Assembly: GCA_030141605.1 (NCBI GenBank)
Contig: JAQGDQ010000272.1
Location: 124,001-188,000 of the forward strand
Length of the DNA: 64,000 bases
Direction: 5' to 3'
Origin: Tubiluchus corallicola
Lineage: Eukaryota; Animalia; Priapulida
A program made the translations under genes and the position numbers. Under the pieces are notes generated by a model, which saw only the letters and a program-made list of their open reading frames with translations, had not been told where the DNA came from and did not search any database. Position 1 is the first letter of the stretch. Each line of letters opens with the position of its first letter. This document shows, in pieces, positions 47,581 through 59,400 of this stretch.

Positions 47581-47884
47581 TAAAAAATTAAGCCGACGAT
47601 TTTATGACATATTTTGTATACCATCTTAAGATCATAATCGGGCTAAATATTCTTTAAATCCATTACACCATTCCATTTGCCACTTGACCATTTTGTTGAT
47701 TGTGCGTTCTGCCCTAAAATTAAGAATGGAAGAGCGAATTATATTATCACGTTCTAAAAGTACACAAAATAGGTAACATTGGAACGTTTTCACCAGGACA
47801 ACCATACGAGACTGTATGGTTGTACTGACTTTTCTAAGAGTGGTCTTGTAAGCACAGGGAAGGATTGCGTGGAGGGATCAAGAG

Positions 47885-48019
47885 AGATGAGCAGAAGAGC
47901 TGGCATGCAAAAAAGAAGTCGTCTTGATTGCTGTTTTGTAGGCCTATAAAAGAAAGATGAGTAGAAGAGCTGGCATGCAAAAAAGAAGTCGCCTTTGATT
48001 GCTATTTTGTAGGCCTATA
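47885..48019 (+). repeat. 70-bp tandem duplication upstream of the Cys-rich gene, includes TATAAAA
   Basis: Units start at 47885 and 47955; tataaaag in copy 1 (47945), tatagac in copy 2. Confidence 0.8.
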
Positions 48020-48075
48020 GACAAAGGAGTCATTTCATTTTGAATTGGCGGGATCGATTCCACTTTTTATGCGAA

Positions 48076-48429
48076 ATGAAACTCTCTTCGAAATTAGTGC
48101 TTCTTCTGGTCGTTCCACTTGCAATATCATCTGTATCAGTGGATGGATGTTCAAAGATTAAGAAAGAAATGGCGAAACAACTGAGAGAAATCAACATCGG
48201 GAAGTGTAACGAGGAAAGTGATGAAGGTAGGGCGGCAAAGGTTGTGTGCTATAACTGCCCTGAAGGATATTTTGGTGTTTCGAACGTTTACAACGAGTGC
48301 TGCGAAGATGAAACCAAATACTCCGAATGCAATAATAAATACAAATCTAGACCTCTCAGCACTGCGATTCGTCTCCAGATTTCTGTAGTAACAATGGTAC
48401 TTTCATTGCTGCTATGCAGTTTATTATAA
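48076..48429 (+). CDS. Small secreted cysteine-rich protein with hydrophobic C-terminus (putative GPI-anchored), 117 aa, family unknown
   Basis: ATG at 48076; signal peptide MKLSSKLVLLLVVPLAISSVSVDG; Cys at 25, 44, 58, 61, 75, 76 and 85; tail RPLSTAIRLQISVVTMVLSLLLCSLL ends at the stop. Confidence 0.8.
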   Translation: MKLSSKLVLLLVVPLAISSVSVDGCSKIKKEMAKQLREINIGKCNEESDEGRAAKVVCYNCPEGYFGVSNVYNECCEDETKYSECNNKYKSRPLSTAIRLQISVVTMVLSLLLCSLL

Positions 48430-48570
48430 CATTGTGCTTCAGTATCTAATCATTCCAACAATGTTCATCGTGTATTCATTGTAGAACTGTAAAACTAGGT
48501 TTTCCGTAAGTTGCACCTAACTAATACAGATTATAATGTAATACTAACCGATATTTATAGTCGGCTTATT

Positions 48571-48914
48571 AAGCCTTTTCACAGTTCCAACGATTGATGA
48601 TGACCGTGAAAATGTCAAAGATTAAGTGTACCAGATAATGCATTCGTGTACACTTAGCAACGCCTCGCAGCCCAAGTTATTGTAATAGTAACAGTTTTAA
48701 CAGCTAGTTAGAACCTTATGCAGTTCATTTTTTGTTGTTCTCAAACAAGATCCTGCTAGTAAATCACTCTATGCACATACTAAATGATGTGGCTAACGGC
48801 TTTGCTTTACACACATGTCACGTGACGGTTGTAGTTAAGACGCGTTGCTGTGGTACACTTAACCTTTGACCTGCAGCAACTGTGCGTGCGCACAACGAAA
48901 CTGTGAAAAAGCTT
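48571..48914 (-). mobile_element. PIF/Harbinger-like MITE family F
   Basis: TIR aagccttttcacagtt / aactgtgaaaaagctt; ATT on both flanks. Confidence 0.8.
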
Positions 48915-49153
48915 ATTAGCTAGCCAACTGTGTGAGTTTTATCGCCGACTGTAAATAACAAACTACAGCTACATATTACAGATATTATTATTTTCCCACT
49001 TTTTCTTTAATGGCACACGCCAGGCAAGAAAACAGCAGACACCATTTTTAAACTTTTTGGTAGTACCCGGCCGTTGTGGCTCGACCCCACAACATCTCAA
49101 GCAAAAAGTGTTATCCATCACAGTAATCAAACTATAATGACTCGAGAACTTAA

Positions 49154-49655
49154 ATGGGAAGAAAAGACAATTTTAAAGCATGTCCTAAAAATCTTTCCAA
49201 ACAAAGTTATAGTACTTAGCATTGTGTTCACCTGTTAGAAATACTTACGCAACTAGAACAGAAAATTCTTAGTAATCTAAAATTTCGCACAAACTGTTAC
49301 AGTGTCACTGACTCACCCTCACAGTATGCAACACTGACTCACTAAAAATCATACTTTTTAATCCTCTTTACAAGATGCAGTGATTTATACTTTTGCTTAG
49401 TTAGCGAAATGTGCGCTACTAATGTTTCTGATTATTTTTCAAACTTTACGCAATGTTGTCTAAACTTCTTTCAAATGACTTACTTAGTCAAAATGATTGC
49501 ACCTAACGGTCATCGCGGGAGTTCAAATGCACAAGTTTTCTACAGCGTTGCTGCTAATACAAGCTCTGGGCGCAACAAGGAAGCATGTGCATGAGGTGAT
49601 ACAAAATTTCAAGAAGAATGTTTTAGCTTTATGTAAGTAAAGGGTTTTTTGTAAT
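49154..49655 (+). mobile_element. MITE family E
   Basis: Homologous to 45071-45582; preceded by TTAA; right end approximate. Confidence 0.55.
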
Positions 49656-51150
49656 TTAAACTTGCGTGTTTAACTTACTGCGGATGTCTTCTTCACGCCA
49701 CTGGTATAAGCATTGGTGTGACCTCATTGCGATAATCAGCACATTACCTTTAAATGGTACACCAGTGAAGTTGAATTTTCCAAAATCAAGATAGGCCTAA
49801 AGATGAAGGTAGGGCGCCTTTTCATCTGTTGGAAAATATTCTTCTAGTTTAGAATTCCAAACACTAATTAAGCTAATTTGCCGATTCTGTTACCCAAAGA
49901 TTTCAAATTGGCTCTAATGACTTTTGTACATCCTTAATCTTCATAATTAAGGGAAAACAATCGGTAAAATTCTCTCATCTGTAGTATTTCATTCAAAGAC
50001 ATTTCTGTTTTAGAATTTGCGATCGATGTTATGTAACGAAGGTTTAATTCAAAAAGCCAAAAACAAATACCGAGACCCTGTATCGCCTGTCAGCTCAAGA
50101 GTCATAACGAGGTTGGTGTCTTTTGTCCATTGATTTGTGGTCGTGGTAGACATCAGAATTCAATTTGAATACTCATATAGGACGAGATGTTATCATTTGA
50201 GCCCTGCGTATGGTAAATCAAAAAGCTGGAGGTGCTACTTTTAATAATCTAATAAAACAAGGTTTCATTTTCACTTCGTAATGCTCACTTACTGTCATTC
50301 ACATATCTCCTGTAAAAATCGAAAAACCAGGTCTGTCAGCAGCAGGAATCCTCTAATTTGGTTATATTGTTGCCATTAGGGATCCCAAAACAAATCATTT
50401 GCAACATGCCTTCCTTGCTATATTGCCCCCCTGCTGAATGGCTCGTCTTATATACAGCCTAGATTTGATTTTGATGGAAAAAGTACGGACTAGCCTGTTG
50501 CTTGAATTAGGGCTCGCGGATTAATCTTCCTAATGTATTCTGAAACTGATTGCCAAAACTACATTTGTCAGGTTGTATTTGACCTGATACGGGGTCTCGC
50601 AATCACTGGTAATGCCTTGCTATCATCAGGAGAAAAATAGCTATGAAAATTCGAAAAATTTCAGATAGCTGTAATGTATGGATGGTGCGGTTACCTTGGT
50701 TGTATGTTGCCATGACGTTAACATGAGAGTGTGAGTTTTTCTGGATTTTCTATGCCTTATTGTTAGTTCAAGAATGCCGTATAGACGCGACTGAGTTTTC
50801 TTCCTAATACTCTCTCTTTACTCTTCTCCCATTTAGCAATGGTAAAAAGTAAAAAAGAAATGTCCAAACCGAATATAGCCAACAAAACACATCAGCAGTT
50901 TTAGTAACATCAGGGGCTGGTGACAAAACCTCTAGTAATTCTCAATAATACAAGGACCACTACTAAGGCTGCTCCCTTTCTCATTGTCTCTGCATCTACT
51001 TTAGGAATTCCTTAATCATTGTCGTGAGACTCGGCTCGAAAATCAGCTGCTTCAGTTTTAACTGAAAGTGATTGTTTAGACTATTTTAAACTCGAAATTT
51101 TGACATGCAAATTTAAATGCAACGTGTAAAAGATGATATTCTACATATAT

Positions 51151-52149
51151 TTATTCTGTAATTTTTTTCATTGTAATGACAGACAGTCCGTAGTAGAAAA
51201 ATATCATATAAATTGTCGTTGCTGTGACTTGTGCTGGAGCCGTGTCAGGTGCACGAGTTTCTTTGCGAGATCCCTTACCTGACCTATTAAGTTTCAGCCT
51301 AACCAGTGAACGTTCATAATCAATCCAGTCTAAATAGTGAGCAATTTTTGCAGCCGCATTCACGGATTCATTATTATAGACGGCGTGGTGTTTCTTACCA
51401 GCGCTGCAAAAACCGGTTGTACTAGAAATAACCCCAAGCAATTTTCCATTCTTGCCCGATATCATGGGCCCCCCTGAATCACCTGGAGTACTCCTGCCTT
51501 CTGGATGATGTGCACAGAGCATGAGTGTCCTGTTAAATAATTCGCAGTCACCTCGAATAGTAACACTTAATGACACTTTCATCAAATGACTTTGCACAAA
51601 TGGTGGCGATTCTGCAATTCCCCATCCTGCGATGGTAACCTTTTCATTAATGTGGCTCTGATTGTCATAAACCGGTAATGTAGCCGGCTTAATTTCATTG
51701 GTAAACTCTACAGGTTCGTTCATTTGCACAAGAGCAATGTCATGGTTCCACCAAGCATTCTGGCTATGGTTAAACTCTGGATGAGTTTTATATCGATAAA
51801 CCCAACGTTTTACTAGTGACTTATATTGAATGTTGCTTCCAAGAAATAATTTTAATTGTTTCCCAGGTTTTTTGACATGAGTAAAACAATGCGCTGCAGT
51901 TAACACCCACAAGCTGTCAATGAGGGATCCTCCACAAAAACCTTTACCTTCTTTAAAAAATCCAACTACGTACGGAAATTCTCTTCCAACCACTTTTTCT
52001 CCACCATAAATCCTTGGTTGAATAGGCGATTCTCTAGCTTTGCCAGATAAGCTTATATTCGGTGTAGAAGACGGGGTAGGTGTAGATAGGCACAAGTTAG
52101 ACCAGAACAAGATACTACACACAAACAAACTTGTACTCGTTAGTTTCAT
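51151..52149 (-). CDS. Chymotrypsin-family (S1A) serine protease, intronless, with signal peptide and hydrophobic C-tail
   Basis: Activation site QPR|IYGG, FCGGSLI, TAAHC, HDIAL, AGWG, GDSGGP; complete His-Asp-Ser triad; tail TIYMIFFYYGLSVITM. Confidence 0.92.
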   Translation of the reverse strand: MKLTSTSLFVCSILFWSNLCLSTPTPSSTPNISLSGKARESPIQPRIYGGEKVVGREFPYVVGFFKEGKGFCGGSLIDSLWVLTAAHCFTHVKKPGKQLKLFLGSNIQYKSLVKRWVYRYKTHPEFNHSQNAWWNHDIALVQMNEPVEFTNEIKPATLPVYDNQSHINEKVTIAGWGIAESPPFVQSHLMKVSLSVTIRGDCELFNRTLMLCAHHPEGRSTPGDSGGPMISGKNGKLLGVISSTTGFCSAGKKHHAVYNNESVNAAAKIAHYLDWIDYERSLVRLKLNRSGKGSRKETRAPDTAPAQVTATTIYMIFFYYGLSVITMKKITE

Positions 52150-53026
52150 TTAAGAAAATTTTCTGTTCAGTATTGTGAAAAAAATTGCAAATTGAAACCA
52201 TAATAGCAAAAGTCTCAATTGCCTGCACTATAGAGGTCCATAATTTGCACACACAATGCACATGTATTGTGCACTGTGTTGTGCACTGTGTCGTAGATTG
52301 ACTTTGCAACGTTTATTTTATATTCACATAACTATAGTACGTTTCTAAGATAAGATGCACAATAAACAGTGACGTAACATGAACTCGTCACATCGTGCTC
52401 TGCATTTGCCGAGCCTAGATTTGCCGAAATGAAAACTAGGAAGTACACACGTGTACTGTAATTATATTTGTTATCCTGAGTATTCGGCATGAAGTGTTTT
52501 CAGAACTGGAATATGATCCGTGAAGATGGCAAATTATATTAATAATTTTTCAATGCCGTAGCGACAAAAACTGACTAGTAAAATAAATAAGCCTGTTCAA
52601 AACTTTTGCAATTTATTTAGAAACTAAAGCATTGAGGTGTGCAACACTGGGCATCATCTTCTGTTAATTTAACACGACTTTGTTGGTTTACTTCACTACT
52701 TTCCATGTCTCACGCGCAGTAGTAAAACCACACAGCAAAATGTTTGTCAGACTCTGGAAACTTGTGCACTGGACCAGTGTACCAGTCAAGCTGTTACGTC
52801 ACACAAGACAAGCGCTGTTCGTCAGAGTTGATGGTGTTGCAAACGCTACCCAGACATGTACTCTTCAGATTTGTTATACAATTGTTGACCCAGTTAATGA
52901 CGTTGATTTTATTGTTGCTGACCGTTATGCCTAACTACAGCAAAAGTGAATATGATGACGATGCCAACAATGTTTGTGATGATAACAATGGTGATGATGG
53001 CAGTGATAGTTTCATTAGACCATGAA

Positions 53027-53119
53027 GCTAAAGTTTACAATCCCACACAATAAATTAGTTCGTAAAGCAGATTAGAGTTAAGTTTAGGGTATTTAACGTG
53101 GGGAGTTATAAACTCGTTC
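53027..53119 (+). mobile_element. Small TIR element with telomeric-like repeats, copy 3 (short)
   Basis: gctaaagtttacaatccc..aaattagttc..ttagggtattta..ggggagttataaact. Confidence 0.65.
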
Positions 53120-54759
53120 TGACCATGACAACGACGATGACGGTAATAGCAATGAGTGCATTGTTGATTATGATGATAACGAAGAAATTGTTAATGATAG
53201 TTGTGTTGATTCATTTGTCATCATAGGCAACAACATTGTTAAAAACAGTCACCAGCAGCATCAGCATGCATGCAAACAACAAACAAAAGTGGTAAAATGG
53301 AGCAATAGCAATAACAACAGCATGAGATATTGGGGTATGTGATGGGTGTCAGTGCTATGTTAGGATTTAGATTAGGTTAGATTTATCTACTAATAGTTAA
53401 CAAATACACAGGGTGAGAACTTAACAAAGAGGAAATTAGATCAACAAAATCAATGCTCAAATTAATCTTGTAACAATTAACATAACTGCCATAAAATAAA
53501 TGACTAGCTTAATGTCTTGGTGAGTGAAAATATTAAGTAGAGAATCTTTGTTAGTATCGTTAAAAACAGTCTTGTTTCTGACAAATACAGTTTTTTCACA
53601 GTGACATAACATGTGCTCTTCATCTTGAACTGCACCATTAGTGCACTGTTACATATGCTCGTATGTCGTGGTCTCTGCCTCCATATTCCAGTTTCTACAA
53701 GAAGTCAATTCACGGATAACCTGCAACGAATATATCGAATCCTATCCTCTTCTGACATACCCAAAGAAGACCTTCGAATACAATGGAAGAGACTTAAGTG
53801 AAAGATTCATTGCTCTGTAAGCTACAAGTCTGTAAGGACATGATTGCCCCCACTCTGCATAAGAAATCAAAAAGAATAGACAAAAATAAATGAAGACACG
53901 AGAAAGAGCATTTAGTTTTGAGTACCGCACAATCTTAAAATCTGCTAATGCTGCGATTTGCAGCTCTGAGTGAAGACCGTTTTAGTTATACGTGTTGCTT
54001 AGTGATATAGCTGTTGCGTTCTCAATATGAATGGGGTCGTGGTGTGACATCTTCTAATATCTAATTTAGCCTATATTTATATAAAATATTACAAACATAC
54101 GTTTGTGTCTACACTGTAACTTATACTGGCAGACCTCTGATAGCTAAATCGTTGATGCACAGTCTAGTTAAACTGTTGATAGACCTCTAGTACGTAACTT
54201 ATAGAGCAGATTTACAAATCTGAAAATTCAGTGTGCCTCTTTGGTGCATTGTATTATATAAAATCAATATAATACTGTATACAACAAAATTATTTTCGAG
54301 TTAACAGTTACATGCATAGACCATATAATATGCTAATTTGAATCTTGGATGGTGATAATATAATTGTGTTTCCTAGTGTTTCATGCTTGATCTCAAAATA
54401 AACGCGTCGTTCAGAATAAAATATTGTACAAAAAAGCTGACTTGAAAAGAACAGTAAGGTCGCGACAGATTTGCAAGATTTCATGTTTCTTACTGAAATT
54501 TCAGAAACGTGACTATTAGTATTACCTATGTGATCGTGCTATCATCGTGGGAAATGTTTAAGGTACTTTATGTGGTATGTGTGATTGTGTAACATTGGGT
54601 TGCTGGATTATGAGATTCAAATTGTAGAGATGAGCTTGTTCCCGTCATGTTACACTTACAATTTTGGTAATTGTCTAACAAAACTTCGGCCAATGTAAAC
54701 GAGAGTATCAGCATCATATTTAACTTTAATACTAAGTATTCAGTGTTCGCTAATTATCA

Positions 54760-55170
54760 TTTAATGATTTATTCACTGTAACACATTGTTCATGCGACAG
54801 GTGATTCACGGCGGCTATTCCAATATTTCTATCAGGCTCCTGTAATGCTGTATATCCACATCATAAAGGCTTAAAGCCTTAATTAAATGAGCAAGCCAAA
54901 AAGGAAACTATACTGTCACGCTGTTGTTCTTACACCTCTACATTGAGCTCCATAATTTCTCTAAATTTTATCACTTGTCTGATCCAAGTATTGACTCTTA
55001 CTAGTGTGCCCGTGTTTACTGAACACAGATCTTCTTCATTCACTACATGATTTCCAAGCACTTTTTAGCTACTTCACATTTCAACAGATGTTCAGTCATA
55101 TCACACTCCTTCGCACACAGTGGACACATTAAGTCATCCTTACACTTATTTTTATAATTACACTTTAATT
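54760..55170 (-). mobile_element. Non-LTR retrotransposon 3' fragment with C-terminal CCHC finger (RTE-X-like)
   Basis: Minus strand LKCNYKNKCKDDLMCPLCAKECDMTEHLLKC, a frameshift, then ..VIKFREIMELNVEV* (TAA 54930-54932), followed by a UTR with AATAAA. Confidence 0.6.
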
Positions 55171-55724
55171 TAACAGCGCTATAACCATAATCACAAACAT
55201 GAACGCTACAATGCTGTGTTGCATATCATGATAGCAAACATCTACTGCTTTGTAAGCTACTATCATAAGAAGAACACGAAGTCATCAAATTGTGTTAATA
55301 ATGTATGAAATGGGCGATCGGATCGGATGCAAAAACCACTTTTGGTACACTTCTGTTGTCCTTAGTAATTAGTGTACTTGCATATGAAAGTCATCCATAA
55401 GTCGGTAATTAAGCATTTCTAGTTATTCACATATCCTGAATCTCCACTTTGTGAGGATCATTTTGATATCAAGTTCATCATTCTATGTGATTTCTAAGCT
55501 GAGGTAATCGTTGAAGTTGATGTGCATACTACGCACTGAAAAACATAACCCTGAGAAAATTGCTGTTAAAGTTAGCCATTGTTTTTTGTCTTCTTTCTAT
55601 AAAACACTTAGCAACTGCACAAATGTTGGTTGCTACGGACTTTGCAAGAACACATTGATGTTATGTTTAAATCCAGTAGATGGCCCTTCCTGACAAAGAT
55701 CTGAGCTTGGCAACAGAAAAAACT

Positions 55725-56015
55725 TGAAGCAAAATAACTATCGGAGTTTGGAAACACAAGTTTTTTACAATTGCAGTACTAGTTTCTAGCCAGAAAACTG
55801 GGTAAGGACTTCTTAGTATTTTATGAACTTTTTCTTGATAATTTGATGCTAGAATTTGTTTTTGTAACATTTGTCCAATATATTTAACATTTGTTTTTGT
55901 AAAAAACAAAAAATTGACATTCGACTAAATTTTTAGTGCATTCTACTTAGAAGCATCATAACATAGTTTTAACTATGCCGACTTATGGGTGGTTTTGGTT
56001 TGCAAGCACATATGA
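55725..56015 (+). repeat. Dispersed repeat family D, copy 2
   Basis: Homologous to 13750-14060. Confidence 0.7.
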
Positions 56016-56495
56016 AGTTTTTGTTTTATTGCATTTAACTAGTACTATGACCACACTTATGAAAGATGATTAAGTAGCAGCATTCTCGAAACAGTAAATG
56101 GTGTCATATTCTGTAGGTACATGAACTGCATGGTCGAAATCAGTGAAGAAGGTGTGGCAACCATTTGACCTTTTCTAATACACATTAAGGTAAAGTGGCA
56201 ACTGTTGCAAACCTAGACACTTAACTGGACTTAATGTGAAAGAATCCTAACAGTCCTGACGAGTGTCAACTTCCTGAATAGGTTCAAGACAACTGGCGAC
56301 AAGCAAAAACATTAATCTATAATTGCCCACTTTATTGGGGCAACTATAATAACTATTTTACTTCAATCAAACTGAAATGTTTTCGTAGAATATCGTAAAT
56401 TTATAACTTACCATCATGTTTACCCACTTCATGTTTTCATATTTCACTTTCCTCTTTTGTAGTAATTGCTTGAACGCATGAACTAAATACGAAAG

Positions 56496-59400
56496 ATGGG
56501 TAAAGCAAAGAAGATGAAATTGTCTAAACCTGCAGGAAGGAACCCACCTTTAGCAGAGCAGATAATTGAAAGAGATCTTGCAAAACCAGTTCGGCAACAG
56601 AAGCAATCGCAGACCCGGCATCGTGATAACGACGAAGTAAGTTCTAAAAACTCTCTTGTTTATGTAATCTAATCGACACTGTTTTTCCATTTACTACCTT
56701 CATAATTTTTGCAGGTTTGTATCTGGGAGAAAGACAAAAAGGTCACTGATTTTTAAGAGTTTGCATTATTTAGGTAAATTGAAATTAGCATATTATAATA
56801 ATACATTCTTTTTTTCATAAATTTTTGATAAAACTCTGAAAGTTATAATAAAACTCAAAAAGTTATTTATATCAGAAGAAAGTTAATTAACTGTATTAAC
56901 AAAAAGTGCTTAGCTGTGTAATTTAATTATTAATTATTTTAAATATTTCTCATAGGTTTTAGACAAGTCATTAACGAAAAAGATTTTAGACCAAGCCAAA
57001 AGTCAGCAAGCCGAATTAGAAGAAGATTTTGGTGTCGTTGGGTAAAACATTTATCTATCTTCAAATCTATACAAAATTTAAAATAGATTTCTTATACCTT
57101 AGTCTCATTTGTTTTAGATGTTGTATATCTAAATAAATTCACCTCAGTGTGGTTTCTTGATTTATTTTAAGTGAAAAGAAAAATAATGACCGTGTTGGTG
57201 CAGAAAAGCCATCTGCAATGGATACAGCCAGTAGATTATCAGAAGATGAGTCAGCTAGTGAGCAGTCAGATGAAGAAGATGAAACTTATTATGAGCATAT
57301 CGTAAGCATATAGTCAATATTAGTGTGGGAAGCATTTTTTGCATTTAATTTAAAAGTGTTCATATGATTATTAAGCTTAGAAAAGGGCTGTAGCATGGTT
57401 CAAGTGCATGTACAGTAAGTCCTTGTTTAATGATACTAATGCATTCCAGCAAAACACGACGTTAAGAGAAACGTAGTGAAATGAAGCCAAGACTTCCACA
57501 GAAAGCAATGTAAAACGTTCCAGAGGCAAAAATCAAATATCTAGATACTTAGTCTGGTTGCTGTAGCAACAGGTTGTACACGTAAAGTTTGCTTCCGAGT
57601 CTCACTTGATATAAACAGAGAGCCTTTAGTAGTCAATCGGGAAGCAAAAACGTATATAATAATCACTGTTTACATTACTAGTGCATTTTAGCACAGAATA
57701 ATGCAATATGTACTGCTTCAATGCATCAAATTAGGTAAATATGTTGTTCATAAAATAAAAATTTGCCTTGAGCAAAATAAAAAATGGTCATTAAACTGAA
57801 GCGTGCAGCGTTAAGTGAAAAAAAGTCGGCGTTGTTGAGACAAAACATTGCTAAACTAGGAGTCATTAAGGACTTACTGTAGTTTAGAGGAATTTTTTTG
57901 GATAAGGTGGGCAACTCGGTCTTGAGTTTTTCCATTGACCTAAGAATTAAACATATAGTGAAAATTATGTACTAAACTAGCTGGAAGTTTCTAAAAGCAT
58001 AGTAGAACGACACTGTGGTACAATTTTAGGCAAAACAGTTTTTGTGAGCCCAAAGCACATAGCTAAGTAGTTAAAGCTGTTTTGTAGACATGCTCAGCCT
58101 TCCTAAATACACTTTAAAAGTTATACTGTGTGCTGCACTTGAAACCGAATCATCTTTGTTTGGTTTATTGGCTTTCCTAAACACTGTCCTGAACAGTTTC
58201 ATAGTGGTATGGAGTTTTGTAACTAATCTTCTATCTATAAACTAGTAATAGCATAGAGTTGTTCAACATGTTACTGGCTTTTCTTTAATTACAGGAATGT
58301 GATGAGGAAGATGAAAAAGCTATGAGCTTGTTTATGTCAAAAGATCCACCGACCAGGAAAACTCTAGGCGACATCATCATGGAAAAGATTTCTGAGAAAA
58401 AGACTGAATTGATGTCACAAATGTCAGGTACTGAACTTACTGATTAATTTGGCAGTTTGTTTTGCATGAGACTTTCGTAGTCTAAGCCATTAATCAAATT
58501 CATTCGTGTAACAAGTTAACATCAACTCCCTCGTACTATGAAGGTTATTGTAATAAAGAAAACAGTTCGGACTGTAGACGACTTTGCTCAAAAACTCTTA
58601 AACTTGCATCAAGTGTCAAATATTAAGATCAGGTTTACAGAATTCGGATAACAAAGACTCTTCTCTTTAAGGAAAATAGATGGCAAAATATGTTGAAGGT
58701 TAAATAATAGAAAATAGTTATAATAACTGCACCCATGATGTTGTTCATGTGATCAGCAAACATGATCTCTCGTCATCTTTTAAGACAAGATGTTAAAACA
58801 TCTTGGCCATTAATGATTAATGTTACTACGATTTTACAAAGACGGGATCATTTTACGGGTTGTGAGCTTTTGACCTTGTAATAAAAATCAATATACAGCA
58901 CAATGTCAAATTCACATCAGACTATTAAGATTAGAACTCAAGCATGTAAATTACAATCGTAAGCGATCGTTTTTTGGCCTGTATGCAAAACCAAAATATG
59001 TCAATAGCTCATAAATGGTAGAAATTAAAAGATAATGTTTTACAGAGCTTATCAAAGGGCAATAGGTCACAGTGCAGGTATGTAGTCTTATATGATAATA
59101 ATACAGCATATAGTGTCTCGTATTTTTTCATGTGCTATATAAATTTTACTTTGACATTTTTTCCAGATGTAAACAGTGTGCAAATGCAGCCTCTGGATGA
59201 TCGCATTGTGCAAATGTACAGGGGTGTCAGAGACATTTTATCCAAGTATCGGAGTGGGAAACTTCCTAAAGCATTTAAGATTATACCATCGCTAGCCAAC
59301 TGGGAGCAGGTATGATGTTTAGATACTTTTTAAAAAAGTACTTTGCTTAATATCAGATAGCAGTGATACATCTCTCGATTTTGAGCCGTTTTGTGTTAGG

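Noticed and set aside
50583-50630. Hammerhead-like CTGATGA..GAGA on the minus strand
   Set aside because: Lacks GAAA, and the core would be sequestered by a CCTGAT/ATCAGG hairpin.
56226-56300. CTGACGA hammerhead-like motif
   Set aside because: No GAAA box or NUH site in the correct geometry.
52150-56495. MED20, which is head-to-head with BYSL in vertebrates
   Set aside because: No MED20-like peptide recognised on the minus strand.
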